From positions 70,928,001-70,992,000 of the forward strand of contig OX597814.1 in NCBI GenBank assembly GCA_951406725.2: a stretch of DNA of 64,000 nucleotides. The letters are read 5' to 3'. Below are positions 11,900 through 25,050 of this stretch, piece after piece. The first letter of the stretch is position 1. Each line of letters starts with the position of its first letter. Source of the stretch: Octopus vulgaris. Lineage: Eukaryota. The notes below the pieces were generated by a model that did not search any database, had not been told where the DNA came from, and worked only from the letters and a program-made list of their open reading frames with translations. Made by a program: the position numbers and the translations under genes.

Positions 11900-13620
11900 A
11901 TTATTCCATTTGTGAGGAATAAAGTACAACTTCCATTATGGAATTCTAATGCTGATATCATCCTTTGGTTCAACTCCATCGGAGATAAGCAGAAGTTAAG
12001 ATTTGTCCAATAACTCGATTTCCACAATTCTGTTGAAAAAGGCTCTTATTTTTGCCCGTAATTTCATCGAAATCCCTGGCTCAGATATTGATGTTGTACT
12101 TGCAGCAAGGAAATCCTTCACCTCTTTCAATGAACAATACTGGATGGGAAGTGACACTCCCAACTAAATAGTTATTACGATGGGGCCTTCGGATTCTGCG
12201 CAGGTGACTAATTTTCCTCTTTTGGATGGTGTGCTATTTACCGCACGTGGCCTTTCTAAAACGGCTCTTCAGAGGTTGAGGAAGTTTTGGGGGCAATTCT
12301 TGAAAAAGCAATTTGGTCTTAGCATTGTATTCGACCCTAATTCTAGGGTACTAAATTTCTTGGATGTTACTTTTGATTTAAACACGGGTCTATTTTGCCA
12401 TTTTCGTAAGCCTAATAATTCAGTATATTTATTGCTTCATCAAACCACCCAAAATCAGTTATAGATAGTATTGTCACTGCTATATCGATCAAGGTGTCCA
12501 ATCTATCGGCAAAAGAGAAAAGTTTTAATAGACATGCACCGGAATATAATAATGCTCTGGCCTTAAGTAAGCTTAATGAGAAAATATTTTATATCTCCAT
12601 CACAAAGCTTAAAAATAAGATGTGCGATTCCATTGGAAACCCTCCGAGTTTAGCTAATAATCGATATAATCCGTTCATTAGGAATGGCCATGGGAGGCCT
12701 AATGGATTTGTTAATAATGATATTAACAATAAAGCTGATGTACGTAGCTGTAAAAAAAATCCGGTCAAACTAAAAAGTCTACAGTAATGGAAGTCATTTG
12801 GTATGTCCCTATTTTTTTCTTAAAGTCAGAAATTTGCTTGGTTAGTCAAAATTTTAGAGAAAAATCTCCCCGAAAGGCCACAAGCATTACTTTATTTACA
12901 ATAGATCTTCAATTAAGTTTTCATACTCTGTAACACCAAACTTGGGGTCCATTATTGCTTCTTCGAATAGACGTAAAATAAATGGAATACTCCAATTCTA
13001 CCACGTTGGCATCCTATATTCATGATTTGAAGAGGAGGAATATGAGCTATACTAATGAATGGTCAGTCCTGTCCGAGCCCCCCCCCCCCCCACTTTAATG
13101 CTAATTTAAACAGATGTAGATTATGCACAAGGGAATCGTACTTGATTCTCAAATGTTTTGGACCAAAACTCCTTAATAAATTTATAAATTTTCTAATGTG
13201 GTCCCTTTTTGTAACCACTTTTTGTAATCTACTCAAACTTCTTGAGTAGATACAAAAATATAAGAATAGGGGTAAAATTAAAATGAGCCGTGATCTTGAA
13301 TTGAAAATGAGTAGAATCAGCAACAAATTCTTTATATTTGAAATGGACAATGGACTAATCCTTGCTTGAATCCACTGAATTCTTATTTCAACTTGTCTGC
13401 AATTGAACAATGTAATAATCAGAAATGTAAAGTTTTCTCCTGATGAAAAGGTGTTGCCGTTGGATTTCCTTAATGGATTGTACATTAACGATGTGAAGCA
13501 GCATCCTTTGAAACGATCGGAGAGATGGGCTTGAATGGACTCTGTTCTGGTTTCCTTACTCTTTATTTTTTGTATTTATACTCTTGTATTTTTATACATC
13601 TTTATTCATATTATTTTAGC
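11900..13620 (+). mobile_element. Penelope-like element, internally deleted, with HHR-bearing tail
   Basis: Motifs LAARKSF, ITMGPSDSAQV, LNFLDVTFDLNTG, SNHPKSVI, IKFSYSVTPNLGSIIAS and RCRLCTRESYLI. Confidence 0.85.
13436..13523 (+). ncRNA. Degenerate hammerhead motif lacking the UH of the cleavage triplet
   Basis: Reads tctc-CTGATGA-aaagg tgttgc..gcagcatccttt-GAAA-CGATCG-gaga. Confidence 0.6.
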
Positions 13621-14159
13621 TCCATTGTATTAAATTTTTAGTCGCCTTTATTATGCACGAATTTATTCCATATAATTTTCTTCATTCGACTTCACTCATA
13701 TTACCCATTTAGGTTTTAACACCTTTTCATTGGGTGCCCTATTATTTTGATATATATTTATATTCGATTTTTGATAATTTGGGAAGTATATAACGTTGTT
13801 TTGACCGAGTGGAGTGTTTATTCTTATACCTTTCAATTTATTTCTCCTTTCGCCTTGGTGTCACCTGAGAACTTACAGCTGCAGTCCTATTTTTATTTTT
13901 GCTCTCAGGTTTGCGTTTGGGCTTCTGTTGTGTATGAATAGATAATTGAAAATATTGGAGTCAACAAGGAGTGCAGTTGCACATTTATTCTCAATCACTA
14001 CAGATGTTTCTACGCAACGTAGTTCCCCAGTCATGCAGGCACTTGATTATGCAACCATTTCCCTGCATTATGGATAACTACTCTGCATAGAAATAATTGT
14101 AGCGATTGAAAATAAATGTCCAGCCATACATTTTCTTGTTGACTTCAGTTTTTTTAAAT

Positions 14160-14299
14160 TACACACAGTTACACACACACACATATATAAACACACCTAC
14201 ATACCTACATAGAGAGAGGGAGAGAGAGTGTGTGTGCATATGTATATATATGTCTGTATATATGTGTGTGTGTGTGAATGCGTGTGTGTGTATACATAC

Positions 14300-14374
<75 letters not shown>

Positions 14375-14497
14375 CACATATATATATATATATATACATA
14401 CATATATATATATATATATGTATATATATATGTATGTATATATATATATATATATATTCATACATATATATATATACATATATATATATATACATAT

Positions 14498-14541
<44 letters not shown>
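14160..14541. repeat. Long compound (CA)n/(GA)n/(TG)n/(TA)n microsatellite
   Basis: Directly visible; it produces spurious YIYI ORFs. Confidence 0.97.
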
Positions 14542-14544
<3 letters not shown>

Positions 14545-14547
<3 letters not shown>

Positions 14548-17440
14548 AAATAAATTTAACCCGAACCACATCAACCATAGACAATATAACAACCCTCAGT
14601 ACAAACATTATCTAATCGGCTACACAGTCAATCCACCACAAACATACTACCACAGACACAATTTATATCCATTTTCTCCTCAGCAAACCAAACACAATAC
14701 AGACTTTCCACAACAATCCACCTATTACAACCATTTTTTAGACCTAAATTAGAGAAACAGAGATGTGAAATGGAACAAAATGTACAAGAACAACCGAAAA
14801 TAATCAACTTATTAAAGAAAATCCTAAGTATTATACAACTAAAATTCTAGCAAGAGGTTTAAAGTTTACTCCAACCCCTCGCAGATCGAACCCGAATTAA
14901 ATTAAGGACAATACTATGGATTTCTGCTGAAAATTACGCCTCACAGAAGAACTTCACAACTACACTAGCGAAGATGACTCAATAGTAATAAAACACAAGT
15001 GAATACTGTCCTACAAAAGGCAGAAATAAAACACTTGATACTTTCTGTGAACACATTACCAGTTTTCCTTTTAATACCCTACAAAAACAACGAATTAAGT
15101 CCAACCTTAATGTAAATGAATGGAAAGACCTAATCGAGTTAAAAAATGATATAAACCTCACCATTAAAGAAGCCGACAAAGGAAGTGCGGCAGAGGTGAT
15201 GGGCACAGAGTACTACAAAAAGTTAATACTCTCCATGTTGGAAACTAATATATACTATGAGAAGATAGTACAATACAACCCACAGAAGACACTTAAAAAC
15301 TTGTCCTCCTTACTTCAAATACATGGAAAGGGTCTCAGGAAATAGACTATTTATCCAATTTTAAATACAGACCTAGTCTATTCTACGGATTACATAAAAT
15401 ACACAAAATCTACATATTTGTAAAGCTGGCAAAGTTTCTCCAAGCCTGTACATTAATGTTCCTCCCCCTACTGACCTGAAAATGAGATCCATCATTGCTG
15501 GCCCTGCTTGTGAAACCCACCGTTTGAGCAACTTCCTCGACATCTTACTCAAACCGTTTCTAAAATATATGAAAAGCTTTATCAGGGATGACTTAGACAT
15601 GCTTAACCACCTCCCGAAGACAATAAATGAAGGAACCCTGTTAGTATCCTTAGTGAATTTGTACACCAATATCCCACACAATTATGGTATAGAAGCGATC
15701 ACCTTCTAGCTAGAAAAATACCCAGAAGAGATCCCAAGACGCATTAACCACAGATTCATAATCGAAGCACTCAAATTCATCCTACTGAACAACTATTTCA
15801 TATCCGATACAGTTTACTACCGACAAAAATATGGAATTGCTATGAGAACCCGACCTGCTCCAGTGATTGCGAACCTTGTAATGGGTTACCTAGAGCTTAA
15901 AATATATCAATCATCACTACAAAAATATGGCACCTCATTTCATTGCTATTTAAAGGAGAACTGGAAGAGGCATTTGGACGATTGCTTTATACTTTGGAAA
16001 GACAGCATGGACAAACTCTTCGATTTCAAAATAATGCTTAACAATATTAATCGCAACATACAATTCACCATGGAGCACATCAGTAAACAACTCCCTTTTC
16101 TTGATATCCTAATTAAAATAGTCAATAACCACATCGAAACAGGCATCTTCTACAAACCCACAGATTCTAAACAATACCTATTATTCAACTCATGCCACCC
16201 CAAACACATAAAAATTAATATACCTTATAATCTAGCGAAAAGAATCTGTACCATAGTTTCGGACATCTATACTCGTGAACGAAGACTCCTTGAACTCAGA
16301 TCAATACTAATCAAAAGACATTACCCAATATCATTAATAAATGATGGCATTAAACGAGCTATGGAAATAGATATACGAACATTATGGGAAGCCAACCGAA
16401 ATACTAAACCAGACTTTAAAATACTCCCATACATCTCCACACATAACCCTAGAAACAACGAAGCCTTTAACATTATCATCCGAAATCTTCCCATTCTCAC
16501 AGGAGATAAAACAACGAACAAAATTTTAGGATCACACAAAATTATCAAGAGCAAAATGCAACCTAAATCATCGAAAAAAATATTAACCAGCGCAAGACTA
16601 GAAGAACCAAAAGTGAAAAACAACAGAACCAAAAGTGAAAAAATGTGGTCGACCTAACTGTGGTACATGCCCCACCTTTTGGAGGGTTCAGAATTCCACT
16701 TTAAACAAGGTGAAATATTTAAGATCAAATCAAATTTCACCTGTGCCTCGGAAAATCTTATCTATGCCATTACATGCTTAGGGTGTGGTCATAATTATAT
16801 TGGCCAAACAGGAATATCACCCCGTTGAAGAACCACTCTCCACAAAGAACAAATCCGCCACCCACAATACAGACAGATACAGGTTAGTTAACACATAGAA
16901 AGGTGCGCTGGGAATCTTAATCCTAATTTCCTAATTTTCCCCTTCTATCAATGTTCACTGAAAACCTCAGTACAACAAAGAATGAATAAAGAGGCAACTT
17001 TCATCAATAAATATCTTCCATAACTCAATATGAACACATAATATAATACAGAACACTACTAACCTTTCAATTAATACCACTAACCTCCATACACCCCATA
17101 CACCGTTCACATTACAGATCTATATCTACCCTAATTGCACCAAATCCAGAACTACTTACCCTCCCTTACGCATAATCGTTTTACTCAGGGACTAGTAGAC
17201 CTGACACCGTTCATTAATCGGTGTGCATTCAAAGCAATGATTGGCAAATTCACGAATGCTTTTGGATCTCTTTAACAATTCACATTAATGACTTGTATTA
17301 CTTTTATTCTTAACTCAGTTCATCTAATTGTATATATCTATCGTTACTTTTCATAATAAGCCTTTACTTTTTTTTCCAATGTGCATTTTCGGTTATTTTT
17401 CTTCTTACATTTCCACATGTAGTTTCTATTTTCTTTTTGT
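14545..17440 (+). mobile_element. Near full-length Penelope-like element, frameshifted (RT plus GIY-YIG)
   Basis: Motifs PKIINL, LARGLKFTPTP, IKEADKGSA, RSIIAGPACETHRLS, NLYTNIPH, WKRHLDDCF, LPFLDI, SCHPKH, CGRPNCGTC and LIYAITCLGCGHNYIGQT. Flanked by microsatellites on both sides. Confidence 0.95.
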
Positions 17441-17467
17441 AACACACACACACACACGCACACACAC

Positions 17468-17559
<92 letters not shown>

Positions 17560-18380
17560 TCCTGCATATTTTTGTGTACGGATCTTCTGGCACAGAAGAA
17601 AGTGAGAGAGAAAAGAAGCTTACTTTGGGGGCTATAAGTGATATTGATCATTCGTTGCTAGAAAAGTTTGCAGACTATAAATAAAGTGAATGGTAAATGA
17701 AATAATTTAACACGAAGGAAAGCTTTCCGTTCCGTGGGGGTAGCCATGCAAGTGAAAGATGTTTATGGAATACATTTGTCAATCGATAGTGATTGGAAGT
17801 GTGATCAGCTTATCAGCAACCGAGTTTTGGAGTGACCGACTATATATGGAATGTTGTTTTGGGAAGAATAAACATACCATGCTTTGCCAAATGTTTTATT
17901 TATCTTTACTAAAGACAACTGGTTTTACTATAATTTAGAATTAATTAGTCATAATGCTTAGTAAAATATATCTAGAGCTGCAGCAATTTTTAACTCCTTT
18001 ATATATTTAATGTAACTGGCATTTGAATCCTATATATATACATTGTGTATATGTCTATGTATTTGTAGATGTATATGTATTTCACGTTTGTAATCAGTAT
18101 AATACATTCTCATGTTTACATGAGACAAAATATATGAGAGCACAGTCGGGCATGGATGTACATGTGTTTGTGTGTATTTTTATGTGTGTGTGCATGTTTG
18201 TATATACGTATGCATGAAAAGTATATAATGCATACTTACATACCAAATAACAATGAACAAATAAACAGATAAAATTTGGCGTGCAATCAATTTATAATTA
18301 CAGTATATTTTGTCAGTAAGTAGTGATTCTGAATTAACGTCCATATTTCTATTTCTTTCAAGCACATTCTCATATACATA

Positions 18381-18769
18381 CTCTCTTTTCTCTTTACTCT
18401 TTTACTTGTTTCAGTCATTTGACTGCGACCATGCTGGAGCACCGCCTTTAGTCGAGCAAATTGATCCCAGGACTTATTCTTTGTAACCCTAGTACTTATT
18501 CTATCGGTCTCTTTTGCCGAACCGCTAAGTTACGGGGACGTAAACACACCAGCATCGTTTGTCAAGCGATGTTGGGGGAACAAACACACACACAAACATA
18601 TACACACACATACATATATACATATATACGACGGGCTTCTTTCAGTTTCCGTCTACCAAATACACTAACAAGGCTTTGGTCGGCCCGAGGCTATAGTAGA
18701 AGACACTTGCCCAAGGTGCCACACAGTGGGACTGAACCCGGAACCATGTGGTTGATAAGCAAGCTACTT
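18381..18769 (-). mobile_element. tRNA-derived SINE body and tail; the head continues at 23903-23940
   Basis: Shows a B-box-like ggttcagtccc, an internal (TG/TA) tract and the tail tgactgaaacaagtaaaagagtaaagag. Split by the LINE below. Confidence 0.9.
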
Positions 18770-21700
18770 TATTTCATAAATATTTGCCATGAATGCATTA
18801 CAAAGAGGGGACGAACAAGAACAGACAAACATAAAAGAGTGAAGTAGTTGTAGCGATAAATATATTTACAATTTAAAAATACAATAATTTAATAAATATG
18901 TTTATAACTTTTGACTTAAGCGTTGCTCATTACAAATGAAATTTGTAATGGCTTCTCTGAAGGATAGGCATCCGACCACCAGGGTAGACCCCTTGCTTTT
19001 TCTTTCTTGTCTTTGGTTTCCACTTACCTGGTGCCCAGAACTCCCAGCTTCCTTGCCACAGGCTTCCATCTTCTCATGAATTTGTTTCGTGACAGGTACC
19101 TTTTCTCCAGCCTGATCTTATTACTGAGGTAGTAACTAAAAAAGTTAACCAACCCCTGACCGGATACAAAGGTACCCGACACTATGCCTCTCACACGCGT
19201 CTTCCATACTGTTTCTTTCAGTATGGCTACTACGCAGAAAAAGCAAGCCTTCTTTTCCCTGTTAAGGGAAGGAGGCGGCACAATCTCGATGTCAGATTCA
19301 GCTGATAGCTGTTCTCTTCCCATCGATGACAACAGTTGCTCTGTGAAAACTATCAGTCTCGTTAATTCCGGACACTCCATAAATGCGTGCAAGACGGTTT
19401 CCCTGTCCTGCCTGCACCTCGGACATGTCGGCGAGATGGCACTTCCGTACCTTGACAGTTTATCACGAACGGGTAACACCGCACGGAAGCACTGCCAAGC
19501 CAGAGATTTCTGGTAATTGTCCAGATACCCCGGCCCGAAAGTTCTCTGGAACAGGTTGATTAACTGATTTTCATCGTAGCCCAGGGTCTCCCCCAAGGCG
19601 TCTTCGGACTTAACCTCCACTAACCCACTATAGAAATCTGCGGTGGAACTCCTATTACCGGCATTGCCCGCCCGAGAGAGTAGCTAAAGTGCCTGGCGGC
19701 ACTCCAATTGCCAGTCTCCCAGCCTAGGTCTCTGCTTGATCCAATTACCAATGTCCGTTAAGGATGTTAATTGCGGAAGGTAGAACCGAACGTGCGGTGA
19801 CAACACCTGCTCTCCATCCAGCTAAAGCCAGAGGTGCCTCAACCTTAACGCGAATTTTCGCATCCTCAGCCAAGGCATCCCTAGCCCACCCTTTAGCGGT
19901 TTCTGGCAGCAGACAGAGCGCTTCACAAGCGGCTTTCTTCCCTTCCACAAAAAGCGGAAAAGGATTCTCTCCAACTTGTTTATCCACAAATCGGGGCAAG
20001 ACACCACGGTCAGACGGTAGGTGATAACCGATGCTATAAACATCTGCACCACCTCCGCCTTTCCTAGCAAGGATAACGCCCGCCCAGACCAGGTCTGGTT
20101 TAGAGCAGTCACTTTGCTGGCCACCTCACTCCAATGTTTCTCTATCTGGAGGTCTGACCCGAATCAGACTCCGAGCAGCTTAACAGGACCTTCCGTCCAA
20201 CGCCCCACGACGTTATTGGACGGCATCGGCTTGCCCCTCCAGGTGCCGAGCTGCAAACCAATTGACTTGTCCTTGTTAACCTTTGCTCCTGCCACCACCT
20301 CGTAACTTTTGATAGCCTCTTCCACCACTGGAAGCTGGCCCTCATCCGCCACGATGATGGAGATGTCATCCGCATACGCCGTAGCTCCTCTTCCACGCCG
20401 TAGATCATGCGGTGCGCCCCCTAGTGCCTCTAACTTCCACAATAATGGCTCGAGAGCCAGTACATACAAAAGTGGGGGTCAGGGGACACCCCTGACGCAC
20501 TGAGCGCTCGATCCTGAATGGCTTCGAAAGGAAACCGTTCACTTTTACGACGGACTCGATGTCGCTGTACAACGCAGCAATCCAACCGCGGAAAGTCGGG
20601 CCCAGGCCAGCCTTCTCGAGGACCGCCGCCAAGTACCAATGGTCGACCTTAGTGAATGCCTTAGACTGGTCTAAATGTACCACTGCCCCCCTCCCCCCCT
20701 GCGCCAGAAAGCTTCCCCACCCTCTCTGAGGAGTAGCGAATAAGGTGCAGATTGTCGTGGATCGTTCTGCCCGGGATAGCGCACGTTTGCGCTTCCCCGA
20801 CAAGTTTGTCCACGACCCGCGCCAACCTTTTCGCTAGCACCTTGGCCAAAATCTTTAACTCTGTGTTCAGCAGAGTTATGGACCTGAAGTTTCCTATCTC
20901 GTCCCCCTTGTTCGGGTCCTTCCTGATCAACGCCACCACCCCTCGGCTCGCAGACTTGGGAATTCTCCTATTCCGCTGCCAATTGGCGCAGACGCTGGCC
21001 TGCAGGTGCCCGAATAAGTCTGGCATACTTTTGTAAAATTCGTTAGGCAGACCATCGAGACGCGGCGACGTCTCCCCGGGGCATTCGCCCAGTACCTCGA
21101 TCACCTCCTCGGCCGTGATTGGCCCTTGACAGCACTTAGTCTCTCGTGCCGAGAGACGCGGGCCGCCAGACAGGAAGTCCCTAAGGGCCTCGCCATGATC
21201 CAGCGCCCCGCCACTCTAAACAACTTGGCAAAGTGCTTGTGAATCGCCTCACACATCTCATCTCGTCTATCAGCTGAACACCCATTGTCATCCACGAGAG
21301 ACCTAATTGTGGCATCATTGCCACGCTGGGTTTCTACCGGACGGGCCCATCCGGCAACATTAATTCCCTCATGGCCCAATGCGCGCACTTTAGCCCGAAC
21401 TCTGCACCCCTCATGTTTGGCTTTGAGGTGACGGTCCAAGGCCGTTCTCGCTGCCAAAATGTGAGGTGCGGAGCCCATCCTCAACGTCTCCTCTAGGTCC
21501 TTAACTAGTTGCCCTTCTATCCTGGCCTTATCTAGTCTTAGCTGACGGCTAAACCTAATAGACTCAAAACGAATGGCTCTCTGGAGGGCGAACCACCACC
21601 GGTTATTAACTACCGCGTCGGTTAACGCCCTCTGTACTAATTCCTCAATCCGGCTACGGTATGCCTCGCAAGTCAGAATAGACTTGTTCAGCATCCAGTA

Positions 21701-23902
21701 GCCGGATCCTCTCTTAACTGTACTATCTATGTCCAGTCTACACTTAACCATTCTATGGTCAGTGTAAGCTACTTGGACAAGCTGTGGACAGCTAAACCTA
21801 GACTTATCTCCAGTTCTTATCACTATTCTATCTAAATAGGACTTGAACCTTCCGTCACCACTCATCCAGGTCCACTTTGGGACGTTCGGATGGTCAAGTC
21901 TGTAACGATCTGTCAGTTGAAACCGCTTGAGTAGATCAACGAGACGTGAGTTTACTTTCCTATAGATCGAGCCAACGCTATCGATGCGCGTATCAACAAT
22001 AGCGTTAAAGTCTCCTAACACCATTAATATCTTTGACGTCACGAGAAAGTTCTCTAGGCACCGATAAAAATCAGTTTGAAATCCTGTAGCACAAGGCGCA
22101 TAGATCCCGATCAACCTGAAGGCCTTACTGCTGCATGCCGCATCAATGACGACCAGCCCACCTGGGTCTACATAGACTGTACTTGTCTGCAGAGCCAAGT
22201 CTTTTCGAACCAATACTACTACACCCCCTCTCCCTCTGGTATGGCTAGGAAACATGATTTTCTCATAGTCATTCAGGAGGGGCGAGAAGGCTGGTAGACT
22301 GTCCAGCTTGGTCTCTCTAGCAAGCATCACATGCATATCGTGTGATCTGAGGTCGTCGAGGAAACAAGCTTGCTTCCACTTCGAGCCCAGACCACGCACA
22401 TTCAAACACCCAAGGTTAAGTACAGTCATTTAAAACAAAAGAAAAGCAAGGGTTCTACTTACTCTTTGACCTTTTCTTTTATTGGTGATGCTGGGGTTGA
22501 CCTCATCACACGTGAGGCAGTCCTTTCCTCCTGCTCCTTTAAAAACTCCTTCAAATTCCGCGGAAGGTCCGGGATATTCGTGATGGTTCTCGGATACCTA
22601 CCCTTCATTTCATTATATAGTTTTTCTGGTATCCGTGCCTTCGGGCTGCTGCAACAGCTCTACGGTGTGGTACTTCTTTAATGTGTCTATAATATATTTT
22701 TCCCTGGTATCAAATCTACGCGAATGTGGTCTTTTTTGTCACATTCAAAACACGTGGGCTTTTTGCCCTCTACTTGAATCTTGAGGGCAATATCTTCCCC
22801 CAAGAGCACTCTTTCTGTCAGCATTTCGATGTTTTCTTGTGTTCTCTGCATAATCGCAGAGATGCTCTGCCCTTGCCAATTTTGTGGGGCAGTGCATGTG
22901 ATTTGGAGGAAGGTGATTTTGTCCGTCCTGTTATACAACAGGGCGGCCATCACCTCCCTTGCCTCAATTTCTGTTGGTACTTCATTTATTCTAACGCGTG
23001 CTGTTCTCCTTCCCGTGTATGTTTGGAGCAGCACCACCTCCTTCATTTTCAGAGGACTCACTCTATTGTTCCATATGCCCGGCCCCTCGCTATGTATTTT
23101 ATATCTTTCCATATAGGGGCCAGGCATTTTTCTATTTCGCACTTTTCGGAGTGCTTGAATTTTTTCGATGAAGGACAGTAGGTTTTGTAAACGACTGTCC
23201 TTCTCTTCATATTTTCAACACTAGGGGAGGGTGAGATCTTTATATCTCCACCCTCCTCTTTCATTCTCTCAAAAAACTCGGAGAGCTTCTCCGTTTCTAT
23301 TACAACATTTTTACAAGATACAGCGGCCACTGCCGTGAACGTTTTTGCTGGCTCATGCAGCTGGTTTGTTTGTTGAATTATTTCGACCGACATATTCATT
23401 CGAAATAAATTATACACAATTTAATCCCAGAAAAAGGGAAACCTATAATTTTTTAACTTTTTTTATCCTCTCAACGAGGACAACAGTTCAAATCCCACCC
23501 CCGCCGGGGTACGAGACGTAGCAACAAAGCCTACAACGTTCGAAATTAAATTTTTTACGCAGTGATAAATATACAATTTCCCAAAAACGGGAAACCAATA
23601 ACATTTTTTCCTCTTAACGAGGATAACAGTTCAAATCCCACCCCCGCTGGGTGGGGGAGGGGCACGACAATAAAGCCTATAACGGCTTTAATAAGTTCAA
23701 TATTAATAATATTAATAATTTCAATATTTCAACAATTACTTTCTCCCGTCACCGGGAAAAAGCACAAAAATTTTCAAAGTTCAACAATGTTCAACAGTTC
23801 GAAAATATTCAACAATAAACAACAATTCCAATAGAAAAATTTTCCAACGTTCATCAGAACGTTTGACTCACCGCCAAAAACCACGTCTGTCTACGACAAA
23901 GG
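18770..23902 (-). mobile_element. Full-length L1/Tx1-clade LINE (about 5.1 kb), frameshifted
   Basis: ORF1 22430-23417 has the knuckle CFECDKKDHIR. ORF2 has APE 21101-22429 (LNVRGL, GDFNA, SYLDR, TDH), RT (LDQSKAF, VRQGCPL, AYADDI) and C-terminal CPRC..ETVLHAFMEC. The 14-bp TSD taagcaagctactt lies at 18756-18769 and 23903-23916. Confidence 0.96.
23419..23690. repeat. Two diverged direct repeats (about 150-bp period) in the LINE 5' UTR
   Basis: tcctct(c/t)aacgagga(c/t)aacagttcaaatcccacccccgc occurs at about 23466 and 23608, with similar flanks. Confidence 0.85.
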
Positions 23903-23940
23903 TAAGCAAGCTACTTACCACACAGCCACTCCTGCGCCTA
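23903..23940 (-). mobile_element. SINE 5' head (A-box) separated from its body by the LINE
   Basis: Minus strand reads taggcgcaggagTGGCTGTGTGGtaagtagcttgctta. Confidence 0.88.
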
Positions 23941-23969
23941 CACAAATACATATATACACAATGTGCCGA

Positions 23970-25050
23970 CAAAAGACTATTTAGGCCTTCAGTAAAGCAA
24001 TATTCTAATAATCTGAGACACGAACACTTTGAAATTATTCTGAGTGCGATTTCAATTCTGCAGAACTAAACCTACAACATAGCTGAAATGAGTAGGGTCT
24101 TGCATTCCTCATCGTTGATAGCAGTGCTTGAATTTCTTACATTCATTGACAAATTCATTACAATCACCATCACTATGGTAAACATCAGTCTATTCTTCAC
24201 ACCCTTGACTAAGCTCATTATTGTCATTTGTTTAAACTGTAAGGAAACAGACTTCTAATGTTTTCGTAGTCTCACTTTCATGAATGTACCGGATAGTAAA
24301 TGTCAGTTAATCTACGTGCGGGATGTTAGTAATCAACACTAATGGAATACTTATGGAATAAATATCGATTCTTTAACTTCTTTCTATTCTTGCTGTCCCA
24401 TTATATCAATAATTTTTTCACATCACACATATTTGATGATGGTTTCTTTCTTTACATTTTCACAAGCTTTTAAACGTTCTTGTAATAGTTCTAGAATACC
24501 AAGAATACCAAAAATACTAAGGAACTGTCTCTTTTTGAGGAAGAAATTGTTTGATTCTATGCACTATGCACGAAAGTCAATCCTCTGGAAGAAAGAAAGT
24601 GAAGAACAGAAACCACATGCTTTAGCACTATACGTCCGTACTTTTGCGAATTTACTCCATTTACTACTTAACAAAGCAGATTTTTTTCCTTCCCCATCAC
24701 TGATTCTCGTAAAATGAAAGGAAATCTTTTCTTAGTCAATAGACTACATGGAAAGCAATTTTATCTTTGGATAGTGAGCGTAGCAAGCACTCGGGTTTTA
24801 TAATGCCATTTGATTTTCAAAGATTCGGATCTGTCAGAACATGATCGTAAACATGCAAATTCTTAGTTATCGTTACAGATCTGTGTATTTCGTTTAAAAG
24901 TTCACAAGAAGAGGGAGCTTGTATATCTGAAATTGGGAAATCAGATAAAGGAGATTTTGCAGGAGTTTGAAGCAAGTGTGAAACATTGAAAGTTTTCAAT
25001 TTTTTCATTGTCCTATTCTAGGCGCCACAAGCATATGTACGCTTCATTTC
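23970..25050 (-). mobile_element. Decayed hAT-superfamily transposase (ZMYM1/Tip100-like)
   Basis: Manual translation gives MKRTYACGA at the start, VLKHVVSVLHFLSSRGLTF, YSISVD..IPHVD.LTFTIRYI and IEIALRI. Confidence 0.72.

Noticed and set aside
14106-14752. Long ORFs of [12 protein letters not shown] type here and at 8.4, 11, 17.4, 34.4, 37, 46.5, 60.7 and 63 kb
   Set aside because: They are translations of microsatellites that lack stop codons, not proteins.
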